Part shown: positions 13,184 to 25,973 of the stretch, piece after piece
Numbering within the stretch: position 1 is the first letter of the stretch
Layout of the letters: every line of letters starts with the position of its first letter
From: Octopus vulgaris
Taxonomy: Eukaryota
Direction: 5' to 3'
DNA length: 64,000 nucleotides
Assembly (NCBI GenBank): GCA_951406725.2
Contig: OX597823.1
Location: 96,100,001 to 96,164,000, forward strand
Notes under the pieces: model-generated
The model's database searches: none
What the model was told of the DNA's origin: nothing
Seen by the model: only the letters and a program-made list of their open reading frames with translations
Position numbers and translations under genes: made by a program

Positions 13184-13391
13184 CTTTCCCTTCTCTCCCC
13201 ACACCTCCCAGTCTTTCCCTTCTCTCCCCACACCTCCCAGTCTTTCCCTTCTCTCCCCACACCTCCCAGTCTTTCCCTTCTCTCCCCACACCTCCCAGTC
13301 TTTCCCTTCTCTCCCCACACCTCCCAGTCTTTCCATTCTCTCCCCACACACCTCCCAGTCTTTCCATTCTCTCCCCACACCTCCCAGTCTT
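13184..13391. repeat. 29-bp minisatellite, about 7 copies
   Basis: Unit ctttcccttctctccccacacctcccagt repeats with period 29 (acacc at 13201, 13230, ...). Confidence 0.95.
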
Positions 13392-16300
13392 CTCCTGGAG
13401 TAAATTAAATTAATTTTACTCCTCAGTTAATCACACAATACCTTCCATTTCTTCAGTTGTTGTTTTTATCTTGTTTTGGTATCAGTTTTTTAGTTTGGCC
13501 ACTACACTGACCATTGCCCGTCTTAATCTGTACAATGCAATAGTGTTGTAATGTTTGTCTTTTTGTTGTCCTCATGGCAATTAAAAGAAACAGCTGTTGT
13601 GGTCCAGCCATATGTTGTTTCAATGATCTGATGTCTATAACAAACCTATTATAATTCTCTTCAAGCCCTTAGCTTCATTATTACAGTCAAAGAAATCATG
13701 GTCTCGGATCAAATGCTTTGCAGTATTTAGTGAAAGTCCCTTTACTTTGTGAGTTCAAACCCTAGCAGAGTGGACTTAATCTTTCACATTTCCTGGGATC
13801 AAGGCAATAAACACTGGTCAGGTCCTGAAGTGAGAGGGGAAACCCCCTTGTACGTGCACCCCACCCACTCCTGCCCAAAATACTGTTGCCATTCAATATA
13901 AGAAATTTTATTTTCAAGACTTTTTAATATCTTTCCAAGTTGATCTCTTACCCCCTCCCCTTCTGCCATTCCAATCTCTCAGCCCATCCAAAAGCAACCT
14001 TATTTCTTAATATTATAAGAACTGAAGAGAAGGGATCGATCCTATGTATCCTTGGAATCGGGGGAAACGGCTTAGCTTTTTATTTATGTTAACCTCTCCT
14101 TTAGCTACTAATTTCATAATAATAATAATAATAATAATAATGTTTGAATCTTAACTAACCCCTTATACCTGCTTTTTTTCTTTTTGGCCTCTCCTAACTC
14201 CTTGCTATTCAATCCTGCCATTCCCACTCACACATCTTCACTCTGTATTGATCCGGTGCACACTTGCATGTTTGCATGCAATAACTCCTGCTCGTTGCAG
14301 TTTATCTTATGGCTTGCTAATTTTGAGCTGCCATCTGTACATATAGAAAACAGTTACGTGTATGTATGCACATGTACAAGTGTACTTATGTATACATGCT
14401 ATTGTGCAGGTGTGTATATGTTTATATATATATATGAGAGAGGTGTGGTGGTGTAAACTGGAAAAATTACTCAAAATGTGTGTATATATATTAATATTTA
14501 GCAGAAGTAACTAACTCAAGGGCCAAGAGTTTTGTGTGTTGGTGCTTATCAAGCTTCAAGCTAATGCATGAAATTCTCAGCTCCCAAGTCACTTAGTTGC
14601 TTCTGCTAAATATCAATATGTGTGTGTGTATGTGTGTACACTTAGACATTCTTGGGGATTGATTTACTAAAACCAAACTGTTACAAAGGTTTAAAATTTC
14701 ATAGAAGTTGTTTAATCATATATCCACCCTCCTTCAAGAGGCCATAACCAGTTCCCCACCACCATTGCTGATGAAGACAATTGGCACCCCCTTTACCAGA
14801 GCAAATTCTTTCTGTGACATCACTGGAACCAAATTCTCCTTTCAAAGAAAATTTAGAATTGTTTTTATAGAACAAATTGCTGCATTATTTACTTCAAAAG
14901 GAGAAGGAGGGGAAGATATTTGCAGACAGACAGACACACACACACACACACACACACTAGTGTGAATGGTAAAGTATGATGGCGGCAGCTCATTTATAGT
15001 GATTTTCATGGAGTATTAGTTGTTTACACTCAGAGTTGTGACAGGTTTTGACAGGTGTGTCCATAGTGTTAATCAAGGTGTTAATGTCAGGTGAAAATTA
15101 TCTGACTTAATGAGAAAAACGGTTTTTTATTGTGAATGTGTGCATGAAGTGTGAGAAAGAGAAGGGGGGGTGGGTATGTAAACATGGGTCCAAAATTTTA
15201 AATTTTGCCCAATTTGGGAGGGGGGGGACTGGAAAATACAATTGGAATGTTTTTTTTATTTCCATGAAAGTCAGAAATAAATTATGGTAAAGAAAAAAAA
15301 AAACATTGATCAAAGCATGATTCACATTTATATGAAATCTTAAAATAAATAAAGCAAGAAATGAACCCTAAATTATGCAGAAACCCTTAATAAGAAGCAA
15401 GGTCTGATGTTTTGACTTTTGGAAATTTCAACTCAACTGCTGCTTTGTCTTATTTTTTACTTTTTTGTTTTGTTGTTTTGCTTTTTTTATGCCTTGTTGC
15501 CAGGAATGAAATGGTTGCCTTTGTAAAAGACCGAATATCACCAAAGATAGCATCGATTTGGAAGGAGGCTGGAGCTTTCTTTCTAACACCAAACAGGTTC
15601 TAATCTGCCAGATGGCATGCTTGCTTGTTTGCTTTTATTTCATTTTTTAAACTCTTTGAAATACTTTAAAAACTTTCTTTGAAACAAGTGAAAATAAACC
15701 TAAATTCATAAATATCAATTTATATTTAATTTTTCACCCTGGAATTACAATTACAATTTTCACTTAAGAAGCAACAGTGGATTGTGAATCCTGTTAAGTC
15801 TTTTACAGAATCTAGTTCAGTGCTTTATACTTCCCCATCTAGGGCCATAGCTTACCTTCTAAGGATGTTATTAAAGTTGCTGGTTGAACAGTCCTATGCA
15901 GCCTTTACCTTTTAAAGAGGCCCTGTACAGCCTTTTTACCTTTTTAAGGCAGCCATATGCAGCCCTTATCCTTTAAAAATCTCAGTATCACCCTTTTATC
16001 TGTTAAGGTCACACCATACATCCCTTATCCTTCTCCAACGAAAGGTCTTCCTTCTTCCCTTGCCATCTTTAGGGCTACTCTCTATAAATAAAGTCAACAG
16101 CCACAGCATCACTGGGTTGTAGAGGACCGACACGGGAAAATTGCTCTTCTTGTATTGTATATGTAGAACAAATCAGCTGAACTGAGGCCAACCTTTGCCA
16201 AGCTAGAACCACACCTGGAATTGAACTTGGCACTACAAGTTAATGAAACACTTGTCCATTTCACAGTGCTGCCACTTCTTACTGCCAGTATGTCGTTCTT

Positions 16301-16434
16301 CTGCTTTCCTTTTTACAATTATTACCCCCTGTTCCCAGGCTTGCATGTATAAAGAGGATTTCATTCAACCAGGAAATACCATTTTATTTGGTTTGAATCT
16401 CTTTCAAATGCACATACATACACAGGTGTATGTA

Positions 16435-16480
<46 letters not shown>

Positions 16481-18699
16481 AAGGTGTTTATGCATATATA
16501 GGTATACAAGTGTGTGTATATATGCATACATATTCCTTTTCTTCAGGTAACTGAATCTAGCTTTTCTTCATTATGTATATACTTGTGCAGCATTTCCTTC
16601 CCCCCTCTCTCTCTTTCTCTCTCTCTCTTTCTCTCTCTCTCTTTCTCTCTCTCTCTCCCCCCCTTCTGGTAGGGTCTCCATTCATTTTCAAATCTCCATG
16701 CTATCTTAAATGGTGTTAAGTTATAAAGGCTTCTGTTATTATCTTTATTATTACTTTTATTATTAGTATCGTTATGCATTTATTTTCTTTTAAATTTATT
16801 TTCATATTTATTTTTAATTCTTATGTTCCAATGTGCAATTAAAGTTCTGTGGAAAATAGAATCAAAAGACAAAACAAAAAGATTTGGGGGAAATGAATAA
16901 AAAGAGGAAACCATTCTTTGGGGAATTTTGGAATGGTTTGAGAAACTTTCCATCATTAAAACATTAGGGTTTTTCATTATTCATGTATATATATACATTG
17001 GTATATATATATATGTGTGTGTGTGTGTATGTATGTATATATATATATATATATATATACACTATGTATATAAGGGAACCATTTTGATTAAATTCATTTA
17101 CACACACAAAAAAAAAATAAATAAAATTGCATGATTCTAACTAATTTGTTTTTTTTTATTGTATTTTTTGTTTGGTTGTTTTATTTTGATTGTTTACAAA
17201 AAATCTCATTTTGTTTTTGCTTGACCCTACATGCAGGGTGTGTGTTTTCTGTGATTCTACTAATCCAAAGGTGGTTGATAAATGGTGGTGTTAGAGGGTT
17301 AGACAAAGGGTGTTGCAGTGTCTGTGTTGAGTTTTGACATTCTGAGACGAAAGGGATGCCAAGTTGTATCAGGACAACACTGGTGCCAGAGAGAGAGAGA
17401 GAGAGCTGACTGCTAGTCTTACACCCTGCCCCCTCATCCTTGCCCATCCTGTACATTCAGGTACAGATGCACTGACCACTAAGCCATGCACCTTCAACAG
17501 GTAAATTAGAATAGCAGACATGAGACAGAGACTCCATTGTAGTCATTAGTAAAGTGAAGGTAACTGTTAATGTTGTGGGTCAACAGAATGAGAAGGTGAG
17601 GAGTCATTTTTAAGTATCAGTGGCAAGAAGTGCCACAACAAGGTGAACAGGTTGGTGGAACCCAGTTAAAAATTGCAGGGAGTCTATTGTAGGAGTGAGA
17701 AATGGGGGAGAGAGAGAAAAAAATGAATAATCCTAACCCATTAAATATAATGAGTTGATTTCATCAACCCTGACTCTCTTTCCTTCTCTCTCCAGAAATT
17801 TCTTTGTGCAATAATAGTGGATCATAGAATAGGTAGAGCACCATAGAAAATGTTTTGAGATTCTAAAGGTTGTTTTTTTTTACATTCTGAGTTAAAATCA
17901 GATGTTTTGCTGATATTAATTAAAAATTCTCTAATTACATGTCATATGATCTCAGTTTCCCAGTTAAGGAGAGTTAACTGCTAAGAATGGAAATAATTCT
18001 GAATTAAGACTCAAGTTTTAAATCTAAATGATGTAAGATTCACACAAGCGCTTGGTATTAGGGAGGGTATCCAGCAATAGGAACAATGCCATAAGTGAGA
18101 CATTAGAAAAATATTGTCCTCTGACCCATTTGATCCTGTGGAGCCGTCCAGCCCATGCCAGCATGGAAAACAGACATGTCTTTGGCGAGGTAGAACTTGT
18201 TTATATCAATAAAACCTTTATATGGTTTAATTTGACCGAGATAGACAGCAGATGCTCTGTGGTGTAATTGGCAAGATTCACCTGGAATGCACTAAATACA
18301 AAGTTCATATTTTGTTTGTGCTTTTGGTGGAGATGATAATGAGGGCCCTGCTTATCCATGTGACACAGAAATATAAGAAGTGAATAGATTCCAAGATTTT
18401 GCTAAAATGACTTTATTTGGAAATTTAGAGCATTGTATCAATTTTAAACATTGCTTTAATAATCGCCTGAAGATCAACAACTTGGTCTAAGTAGAAGGTA
18501 TGAGTTTTGAAATAGGAACTTGATACGTTTCTTGGAACCCTTGCCACCCGCCTTTCTTAATTTATAATTCAACCATTCTGGCCATATTGCTGGATTGTTG
18601 GTCCTTTTAAGGGGTTCGTAGGAGACTGACTTAGTCAAAGAAATTTGGTGTCATTTTAGCTCTTCTTTCGTGTGTGAGTTCTGAAGCTCCATCTTTCCA

Positions 18700-19225
18700 T
18701 TACAGCTGCTGCTGCTGTTTTTTGCTCTTGCTTGAAAGGGTTGGGGTCATCCCAGATTAGTGGTCCCAGAGATGGCATCATGTGTAGGGCTGACCAAGTC
18801 CACCAGTGCCCTCCACTGCAGGTGGTCCTATGACGGTCCCTGTGCATCCTCTAAGGTGATGTTGAGCTATTGGAGACCTTCTCCAATCACGTCCAGCCAT
18901 CTGGTGTGGGGTCTGTCACGAGGCCTCTTACTGCCCATAGCTTCTGCATTGAATGAGAGTAAAGCTCTGCTAGGATGATCTAGTGGGGGGATATGTCCAT
19001 GCAGGCACATGTGACAGGTAGGAGGCTGCAGGCTGATGCTTGCTGCAAGGAGTTCTTTGTTGGAAATGTGATGGTAACATCCGATGTTCTTGATGGTTCT
19101 CAGGGTTTTGCTATTGAAGCCATCAATCCTCTTTCCCAGGGTCTTTGAGAGAGTTTCTGCTCCATAGAGGAGAATGGAGAGGGCTGATGCATTGTAGATG
19201 TAGAGCTTCCAGGAGATAGAGCATT
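18700..19225 (-). mobile_element. RTE-like LINE 3' fragment, degenerate
   Basis: Minus-strand remnants LYIYNASALSILLYGAET...RIDGFNSKTLRTI...RWLDVIG...WRALVD, typical of the post-RT region of RTE-group LINEs. Confidence 0.65.
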
Positions 19226-19283
19226 AAAAGGCTCCACATTTAAAAAAAAATCAATTTGATCACTTGAGAATTCTGGTATAAGT

Positions 19284-19463
19284 CATCATCATCATCGTTT
19301 AACGTCCGCTTTCCATGCTAGCATGGGTTGGATGATTTGACTGAGGTCTGGCGAACCAGATGGCTGCACCAGACTCCAATCTGATCTGGCAAGGTTTCTA
19401 CAGCTGGATGCCCTTCCTTATGCCAACCACTCTGAGAGTGTAGTGGGTGCTTTTACGTGCCAC
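19284..19463 (-). mobile_element. RTE 3'-UTR tail fragment with (GAT)n end
   Basis: Reverse complement of the tail that ends the RTE copy at 27720-27895. Similar copies at about 39168-39352, 44220-44420 and 54103-54520. Confidence 0.8.
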
Positions 19464-19689
19464 TGAGAATTAATGTTGCCATCCTTCCAACCCATGAGAG
19501 GGACACAACCTGTTTGACCATTGATTGTAGTCTGTTTATATCGAACTCTCCAGATCTTTATTCATTGATTGCCAAGAAATCGATCAATTCCTCATTGCCA
19601 AGACAGAATTGTTCTGAGCCAAAAAGCCAGACATTTGTTGTTTATTTGATCAATAAGTTCATTTTTTCTTCTTAATTTTAGTTGAAATT

Positions 19690-20110
19690 GAAGGTGGTCA
19701 AAGCTGGCAGAACGATTAGCAAGTCGGGGCAGAATGCTTTGTGGCATTTCTTCTGCCTTTACAGAGTTCAAATTCTGCCAAAACCCACTTTCCTTGTCAT
19801 TTTGGGGGTCACTAAAACAAGTACCAGATGAGCATTGGGGGTTGATATAATCAACTTACCCCCTCTCCCCCCCAAGATTGTTGGCCTTGTACCAAAATTT
19901 GAAACCCTTATTAGTAAAAGTTCCAGGTAACGAGATGCAAGAATTAGACAAAATGTTTAACTGCATCTCTTCTGGCTCTTGATGATCTGAGTTCAAATAT
20001 TGCCAAGGGCAAGTTTGGCTTTCATGCTTTCGAGGTTGATAAAATGCTGTACCAGTCAAATACTGGGGTTGATGTAACTGACTAATCCCCATCCCCACTA
20101 AAATTGCTCT
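19690..20110 (+). mobile_element. tRNA-derived SINE family B, two degenerate tandem copies
   Basis: gctggcagaacg.ttagc...gagttcaaattctgcc...aagtaccag...ggggttgat. Related copies on - at about 36665-36885 and 58970-59125. Confidence 0.6.
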
Positions 20111-20790
20111 CCTTCTGTCCCCTGTTCCAAGAACTGTTGAAGTTATCCTGCTGAGGTCAGCTCTACAGTTTATCCTTCCAGGATTGATAAAATGCACAAA
20201 GTACCAGTAATTAACTGGGTGTGGCTGATGTTATTGATTCTGACGAAACTACAATGTAGATAAATAAAGGATATTCTTTTGTTTATTTCAGTCATCAGAG
20301 TGTGGCCATGCTGGGGCACTGCCCTATGTTATTAAAAAACTACAAACCTCTACTGATTATGCTATATCACCCCACCCCACCCCCGGTGTAGCTCACAAAT
20401 ACATCGACAACTGATACACATGAACAAGGAAGATATTTCTTTATTTCTTAGCTTTTCTGCCAAGCTGCAGCTTTGTAACATTGAATTCCTGTCTCTGGGG
20501 TCTTCAGCTCTGGTGAGTCACAAAGATAAAAAGTCAGTTTCAATCAGCCATATACTCTACAATATGTATTGAGCACTCCTCGTTCACTTGACACAATGTT
20601 TGTATAAACACAGGAGGTGGTTGTGTGGTTAGGAAGTTCACTTCTCAACCATTTGGTCCTGACTACATGGTCCCTTGGCTAAGTTTCTTCTAGTATAGTC
20701 CTGGGCTGGCCAAAGCCTTGTGAGTTGATTTGGTAGACAGAAACTGAAAGAAGCCTGTTGTATGTACACATATTTATACACACTCATATA

Positions 20791-20938
20791 TAGGTGCAGG
20801 CGTGGTAAGGAAATTTGCCTCCCAACCACATGGTTCCAGGTTCAGTCCTACTGTGTGGCACCTTGGGTAAGTGCTTTCTACTATAGCCACACTGACCAAA
20901 TGCTTGTTGGTGGATTTGGTAGATGGAAACTGAAAGAA

Positions 20939-20977
<39 letters not shown>

Positions 20978-21205
20978 ATATTAGGGAGTAAATCCAAACT
21001 TACAGGGAATATATATATATGTATTTGTGTATCTGTGTTTGTCCCCCCCCCAACACCATTGCTTGTCAACTGATGTTGGTGTATTTATGTCCCGTAACTT
21101 AGCGGTGAGGTAAAAGGGATCAATAGAATAAGTACTGGGGTTAATTTGTTCAACTAAAAGTGATGCTCCAGTATGGCCACAGTGAAATGACTGAAACAAA
21201 TAAAA
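20791..21205 (+). mobile_element. tRNA-derived SINE family A (internal TA/TG microsatellite, CR1/L2-like tail)
   Basis: Same head, body and tail as the copy at 59247-59667. A partial copy sits directly upstream at about 20611-20762. Confidence 0.8.
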
Positions 21206-21447
21206 ATATATATATATATATAATAGAAATATTAAAATTACTAAGTCTCTCTAAAGGAGATTACGGCAGCGTTACTGGATATTAATAGTTATCGCCATAC
21301 TAATATGGCAGTCTATAAATAAGACTAAAGCTGTCGCTGATTAGCTCCAAGAGGCCATTGCCTCTAGCTAGCTATTTGACACGAACCTGCGTCCATTACA
21401 ACCTTCGAACAGGGGAGGTCAGCCGCTTCACCTTGCTAGTCAGACAT

Positions 21448-21488
21448 CTGCAGACATGTTTCAGGGTTGTTGCCTTTTATCAATGCAG
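21448..21488 (-). ncRNA. Minimal type-I hammerhead ribozyme, copy 1 (one stem-II mismatch)
   Basis: Minus strand: CUGCA-UUGAUAA-AAGG caacaa CCCU-GAAA-CAUG-UC^-UGCAG. Confidence 0.65.
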
Positions 21489-21515
21489 CGTAGCCAGAAC
21501 CAGCAGGTGTCGCTA

Positions 21516-23081
21516 TTATCTTTATTATAGGCACGATGGCCCGAATTAAGAGGGGACATTACAAAACAGGACGTGGGGTACATAAATTAAAAGAATCGAA
21601 AAATATGATATGAAAATGAATTAAATGGAATGGCTTACGAGCCCCCCAAAACTCGTAGTTTCATTTAAAATACAGTTCTGCCATACTGGGCGTTCATCTG
21701 TAATGTATTCTATTAACTTCTCCTGGTCTACAATCGCTGGCAAACTGTCGTAACAGATATATTGCATTTCACAAACAGTCGAAAACTCACTTTTCAATTT
21801 CATAAATGTCTCTTTCTCTACAACCGCCGACTTCACTTGGTCATCAAATATTTTTGGGTTCAGCCTAACCCTGATTAAACCTTTCTTACCTGCCAGTCTT
21901 TTTTCGATGTCTTTCATATACAATATTACTACCTTAAGATTTTTTCCTTCGGGTCTTCTTCCTTCCTTACATACTTTTAACTTCTCTTCCACTCTGCTTC
22001 CCCATTCTTGGTCTGCCGTTAAATTTGCCGGTTCTCTCGCTTTCGCTTTTGTATTCTTATCTTCGCACGTCCGATCTTCCATCTCGTCTGTAGTCTTATT
22101 TTTCGCTTTTTTCTTTTTTTGAACTTTAGGTGGTGATTCCACCCTCGCTCTCTTTCTATCTTCTTTTCCTTCTGTTTTTTCCATTTCTTTCTCCAACTCG
22201 TCACCACTTTCCACTTTCCACATTTTCTGTGTTTACACATTTTTCATCTGCCATTTGCAATATCTCTGTCCGAGCTTCCAATGTTCTTGTCGGACACACA
22301 TCTTTCTTGTGGCCTCTAATTTTACACTTGTAGCACACTGGTGGTCTCCCCTCCACCACGACTCTGAGTCGAGTCTCGTCGGGGAACACCAACTCCTCTG
22401 GGATATTATACAGGTCTGGTATGGTTATATGAACCAAAGCCTGCACCGCATAACCCCACCACTGTACATCTTTCGATTTTTCTACTTTCAATATTTCAAC
22501 GCTTTCTTTGCAGTTGAATACCACTGCCGCTAAGATTCTTTCCATGTTCAGCTCCGGCGAAATCTTACTGATTCGTATTCTTACTGCCCTTTTTCCATGA
22601 TAACTTGGTAATAACATCCATTTTTTTCTGTTTTCAGTATATGCGTGGTGTTCTTCTTCGCTTCGTCTTCGTTTTTAAAATGAACGACCACTGTTACATA
22701 TTTTCTACCTCTATTATAGAAGGTAGGTTCTCCTTCAACTCCATTCAGACAGCGCTCAATTTCCTCTATCGGTGCCACTTCTACTTTCTTTGAAGCCACG
22801 TTCCATGTTCTGTATGTTATAATACGTTTCTCTGCGTCTTTCGCTTCTTCTTCAGGTGGTGTGATCTTCACACAGTCACCTTCTCTCTTCAAGCTGTCGA
22901 AATAATTCTTCAAAATCTCCTTCTCAACTGTAACTTCTTCCAACTGTAGTTCGCTCGCAGCCAGGCCCTTGCCTGCCGCTCCCGCATACGTTTGGGTTTG
23001 CATTTTTGAGAAAAAAATTCCCAACGCTGCAACCGCTTCCACCAACGAATTCGATCTCACAACCGCAACTCAACAATAACG
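21516..23081 (-). mobile_element. ORF1-only (HAL1-like) non-autonomous L1/Tx1-type element
   Basis: ATG at 23003 begins a gag/ORF1-like frame split by two frameshifts (ORFs 22581-23060, 22201-22617, 21621-22223). It has a CCHC knuckle (CYKCKIRGHKKDVC) preceded by VVVEGRPP. The 3' end tgtcccctct..ttcgggcc..aataaaga resembles the L1/Tx1 tail at 29833-29872. No ORF2. Confidence 0.7.
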
Positions 23082-23291
23082 TTTTATTTACCTAGGAGAT
23101 TACGGCAGCGTTACTGGAAATTAATAGTTATCGCCATACTAATTTGGCAGTCTTATAAATATAAGACCAAAGCTGTTGCTGATTAGCTCCAAGAGGCCAT
23201 TGCCTCTAGCTAGCTATTTGACACACGAACCTGCGTCCATTACAACCTTTGAACAGGGGAGGTCAGCCGCTTCACCTTGCTAGTCAGACAT

Positions 23292-23332
23292 CTGCAGACA
23301 TGTTTCAGGGTTGTTGCCCTTTATCAATGCAG
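23292..23332 (-). ncRNA. Minimal type-I hammerhead ribozyme, copy 2 (intact)
   Basis: Minus strand: CUGCA-UUGAUAA-AGGG caacaa CCCU-GAAA-CAUG-UC^-UGCAG. Stem I 5 bp, stem II 4 bp, palindromic stem III ACAUGU, GUC site (C17 = 23297). Confidence 0.8.
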
Positions 23333-23649
23333 CGTAGCCAGAACCAGCAGGTGTCGCTACTGACCGTCTGTTCGAAAATTTTATTTACCTAGTTACAGTG
23401 GAATACATCCACTTGTTTTCAATAATAGAAATATTAAAATTACTAAGTCTCTCTAAAGGAGATTACGCCAGTGTTATTGGGTATTAATAGTTATCGCCAT
23501 ACTAATATGGCACTCTATAAATAAGACTAAAGCTGTCGCTGATTAGCTCCGAGAGGCCATCGCCTCTAGCTAGCTATTTGACACGAACCTGCGTCCATTA
23601 CAACCTTCGAACAGGGGAGGTCAGCCGCTTCACCTTGCTAGTCAGACAT

Positions 23650-23690
23650 CTGCAGACATGTTTCAGGGTTGTTGCCCTTTATCAATGCAG
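23650..23690 (-). ncRNA. Minimal type-I hammerhead ribozyme, copy 3 (intact)
   Basis: Identical to copy 2. C17 = 23655, exactly 358 nt from the neighbouring site. Confidence 0.8.
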
Positions 23691-24362
23691 CATAGCCAGA
23701 ACCAGCAGGTGTCGCTACTGACCGTCTGTTCGAAAATTTTATTTACCTAGTTACAGTGGAATACATCCACTTGTTTTCAATAATAGAAATATTAAAATTA
23801 CTAAGTCTCTCTAAAGGAGATTACGCCAGCGTTACTGGGTATTAATAGTTATCGCCATACTAATATGGCACTCTATAAATAAGACTAAAGCTGTCGCTGA
23901 TTAGCTCCGAGAGGCCAGCGCCGCTAGCTAGCTATTTGACTCACGAACCTGCGTCCATTACAACCTTCGAGCATAAATGTGTGTGCGTCTGTATGCATGC
24001 CAGAGTGTATTTATTTTTTTACCCTTGTCTTGATGGCTGTAAACAAGCATCCCTGTTATACAAGCAGTGTTGTATGTGTTCCAGTCTGGTGTGGGAAAAT
24101 ACCTGGCCAAAAGGAACAATTATTTTGCCTATAGGTGACGGTTGGCAATGAATTCCATCTGAGCCATGCAATTATGAAATGGTGGGGTTCGTTAAATGAT
24201 GATGATAATGTGTCTGTGTGTACACAAGCATAGATATACATTAGACAGGAAGGTCAGATTCAATGATAATTTAGCTACTATCTTTAGCAGGTCAAGATAG
24301 AATCTGCAAGATTAAAATCATTGAAATTTAATGAATGCTTTAAACGCCTGCCATTTGCAATG

Positions 24363-24526
24363 GGGGCGGGTGTGGCTGTGTGGTAAGAAGATTGCTTCCC
24401 AATCACATGGTTTTGGGTTCAGTCCAACTGCATGGCACCTTGGGCAAGTGTCTTTTACTATAACCTCGGGAGTCAATCAGATCTTCGTTAGTGGATTTGG
24501 TCGACGGAAACTGAAAGAAGCCTGTC

Positions 24527-24566
<40 letters not shown>

Positions 24567-24820
24567 ATATATTTACACATATCTATGTGTGTGTGTGTAT
24601 TTTTATGTTGCTGTTTGTAACCTCCCCCCACCACCACTTGACCACTGGTGTTGGTGTTTATGTCCCTGTAACTTAGCAGTTTGGCAAAAGAAACTGATAG
24701 AATAAATACCAAGCTTGCAAAAAGAACCAAAGAAGTCCTGGGGTTGATTCATTTAACTAAAAGTACTTGAAAGCAATGCCCCAGCATGGCCACAATCTAC
24801 TGACTGAAATAAAAGATGGA
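24363..24820 (+). mobile_element. tRNA-derived SINE family A
   Basis: gtggctgtgtggtaagaag...gggttcagtcc...gacggaaactgaaagaagcc..(TA)n...ccagcatggccaca..gactgaaa. Confidence 0.8.
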
Positions 24821-25918
24821 AGATAAATAGCAATAAAAATGCAAACAAACCAACACCGTTCTCATTCTCGCCATCACTATATCTGCCTCATTTCCATTAC
24901 TTGTGATTGCTTCCCCCTCCTCCTCTCATGTTATATTTCTTACTGTTCTGCTTTCTCTCTTTCTCTCTCTCTTTTCCTCTTTACCCAAGAGAAAGATAAG
25001 AGACACTGAATAAAGAAGAAAATATTTTTCTTTCTTTCGGTGCCATGTCCTGAATGTAAGACATGGGCAATCTTGTCCCCCCACCCTCCACGATTCCCTG
25101 TTCTTTGTTTTCTGTATAACCGTTCCACTTCTTCCTGATGTTTAACGTCTCGTTCTTCCAAACCAGTTCTTCCAGCTTCACATCCATAACATCCTTCTCT
25201 TTCCTCTGCTTATTTTCCCTTCAATCTTTCCAGTCAACACAAAATTTTCCCTGGGCCCTCTTTCCTCATCACATGACCAAGAAGTCTCTGTTATTTGGCC
25301 CTTATCTCATGAAGCAGTTTCCTATTTACTGCAGCCTCACTCGTCACTTCTTCATTAGATACTTTGTCCGTGCTATCCTCAATATTTTCCTTAAGGACCA
25401 CATTTCACAGCTCTCCAAATACCTTAAACCATGCCCCCCACAAATGTATTTTCCTGTTTTGCATTATCGACACCAACACTTGTTCACAAATTCATACATC
25501 TCTAATTTCATGAAAGCTACTCTCACTCAACTATTTGTCTTTCTCTAACTTTGTTACTGACAGGCGATGGGTGCAGTTTGAGGGAGATTCGGTTCCTTTT
25601 TCTGAAAATAAATTCACAATTCTTCCTTCTACTCCATTCTCCTTTATATTTCGTTAATTAACATATTTTTACAGGAGAAAAAGAAGAAAAAACATTAAAA
25701 TTTATAAAACCTCAAATTATCGAGAGAGAAAAAAAACTCATAAGTCCCTCACCAAGAAAACAAAGAAAAGGAAACAGTGGTGATGGTGGGGGATTAAGCA
25801 GCAGAAAATGGTGGGTGGGGAGTAATAGGTTGTACATCCCAGACCAAATGGCGTGTTTAGCCATGCCTGGTGGACATGGTGGCATAGAATTTTTTGCTAC
25901 CCTAAAATTTATTAATTA

Positions 25919-25973
<55 letters not shown>

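Larger units (their letters stand above)
21220..23970 (-). repeat. 358-bp tandem repeat array with hammerhead ribozymes (non-LTR retrozyme-like), interrupted by an insertion
   Basis: Units at about 21220-21515, 23082-23420, 23421-23778 and 23779-23970 (truncated). aataatagaaatatt recurs at 23421 and 23779 (period 358). Confidence 0.9.

Noticed and set aside
21220-23970. LTR retrotransposon interpretation (repeats as LTRs around gag)
   Set aside because: Repeats continue in tandem on one side. No TG..CA ends, PBS or PPT were seen. The insert interrupts a unit and has a LINE-type tail.
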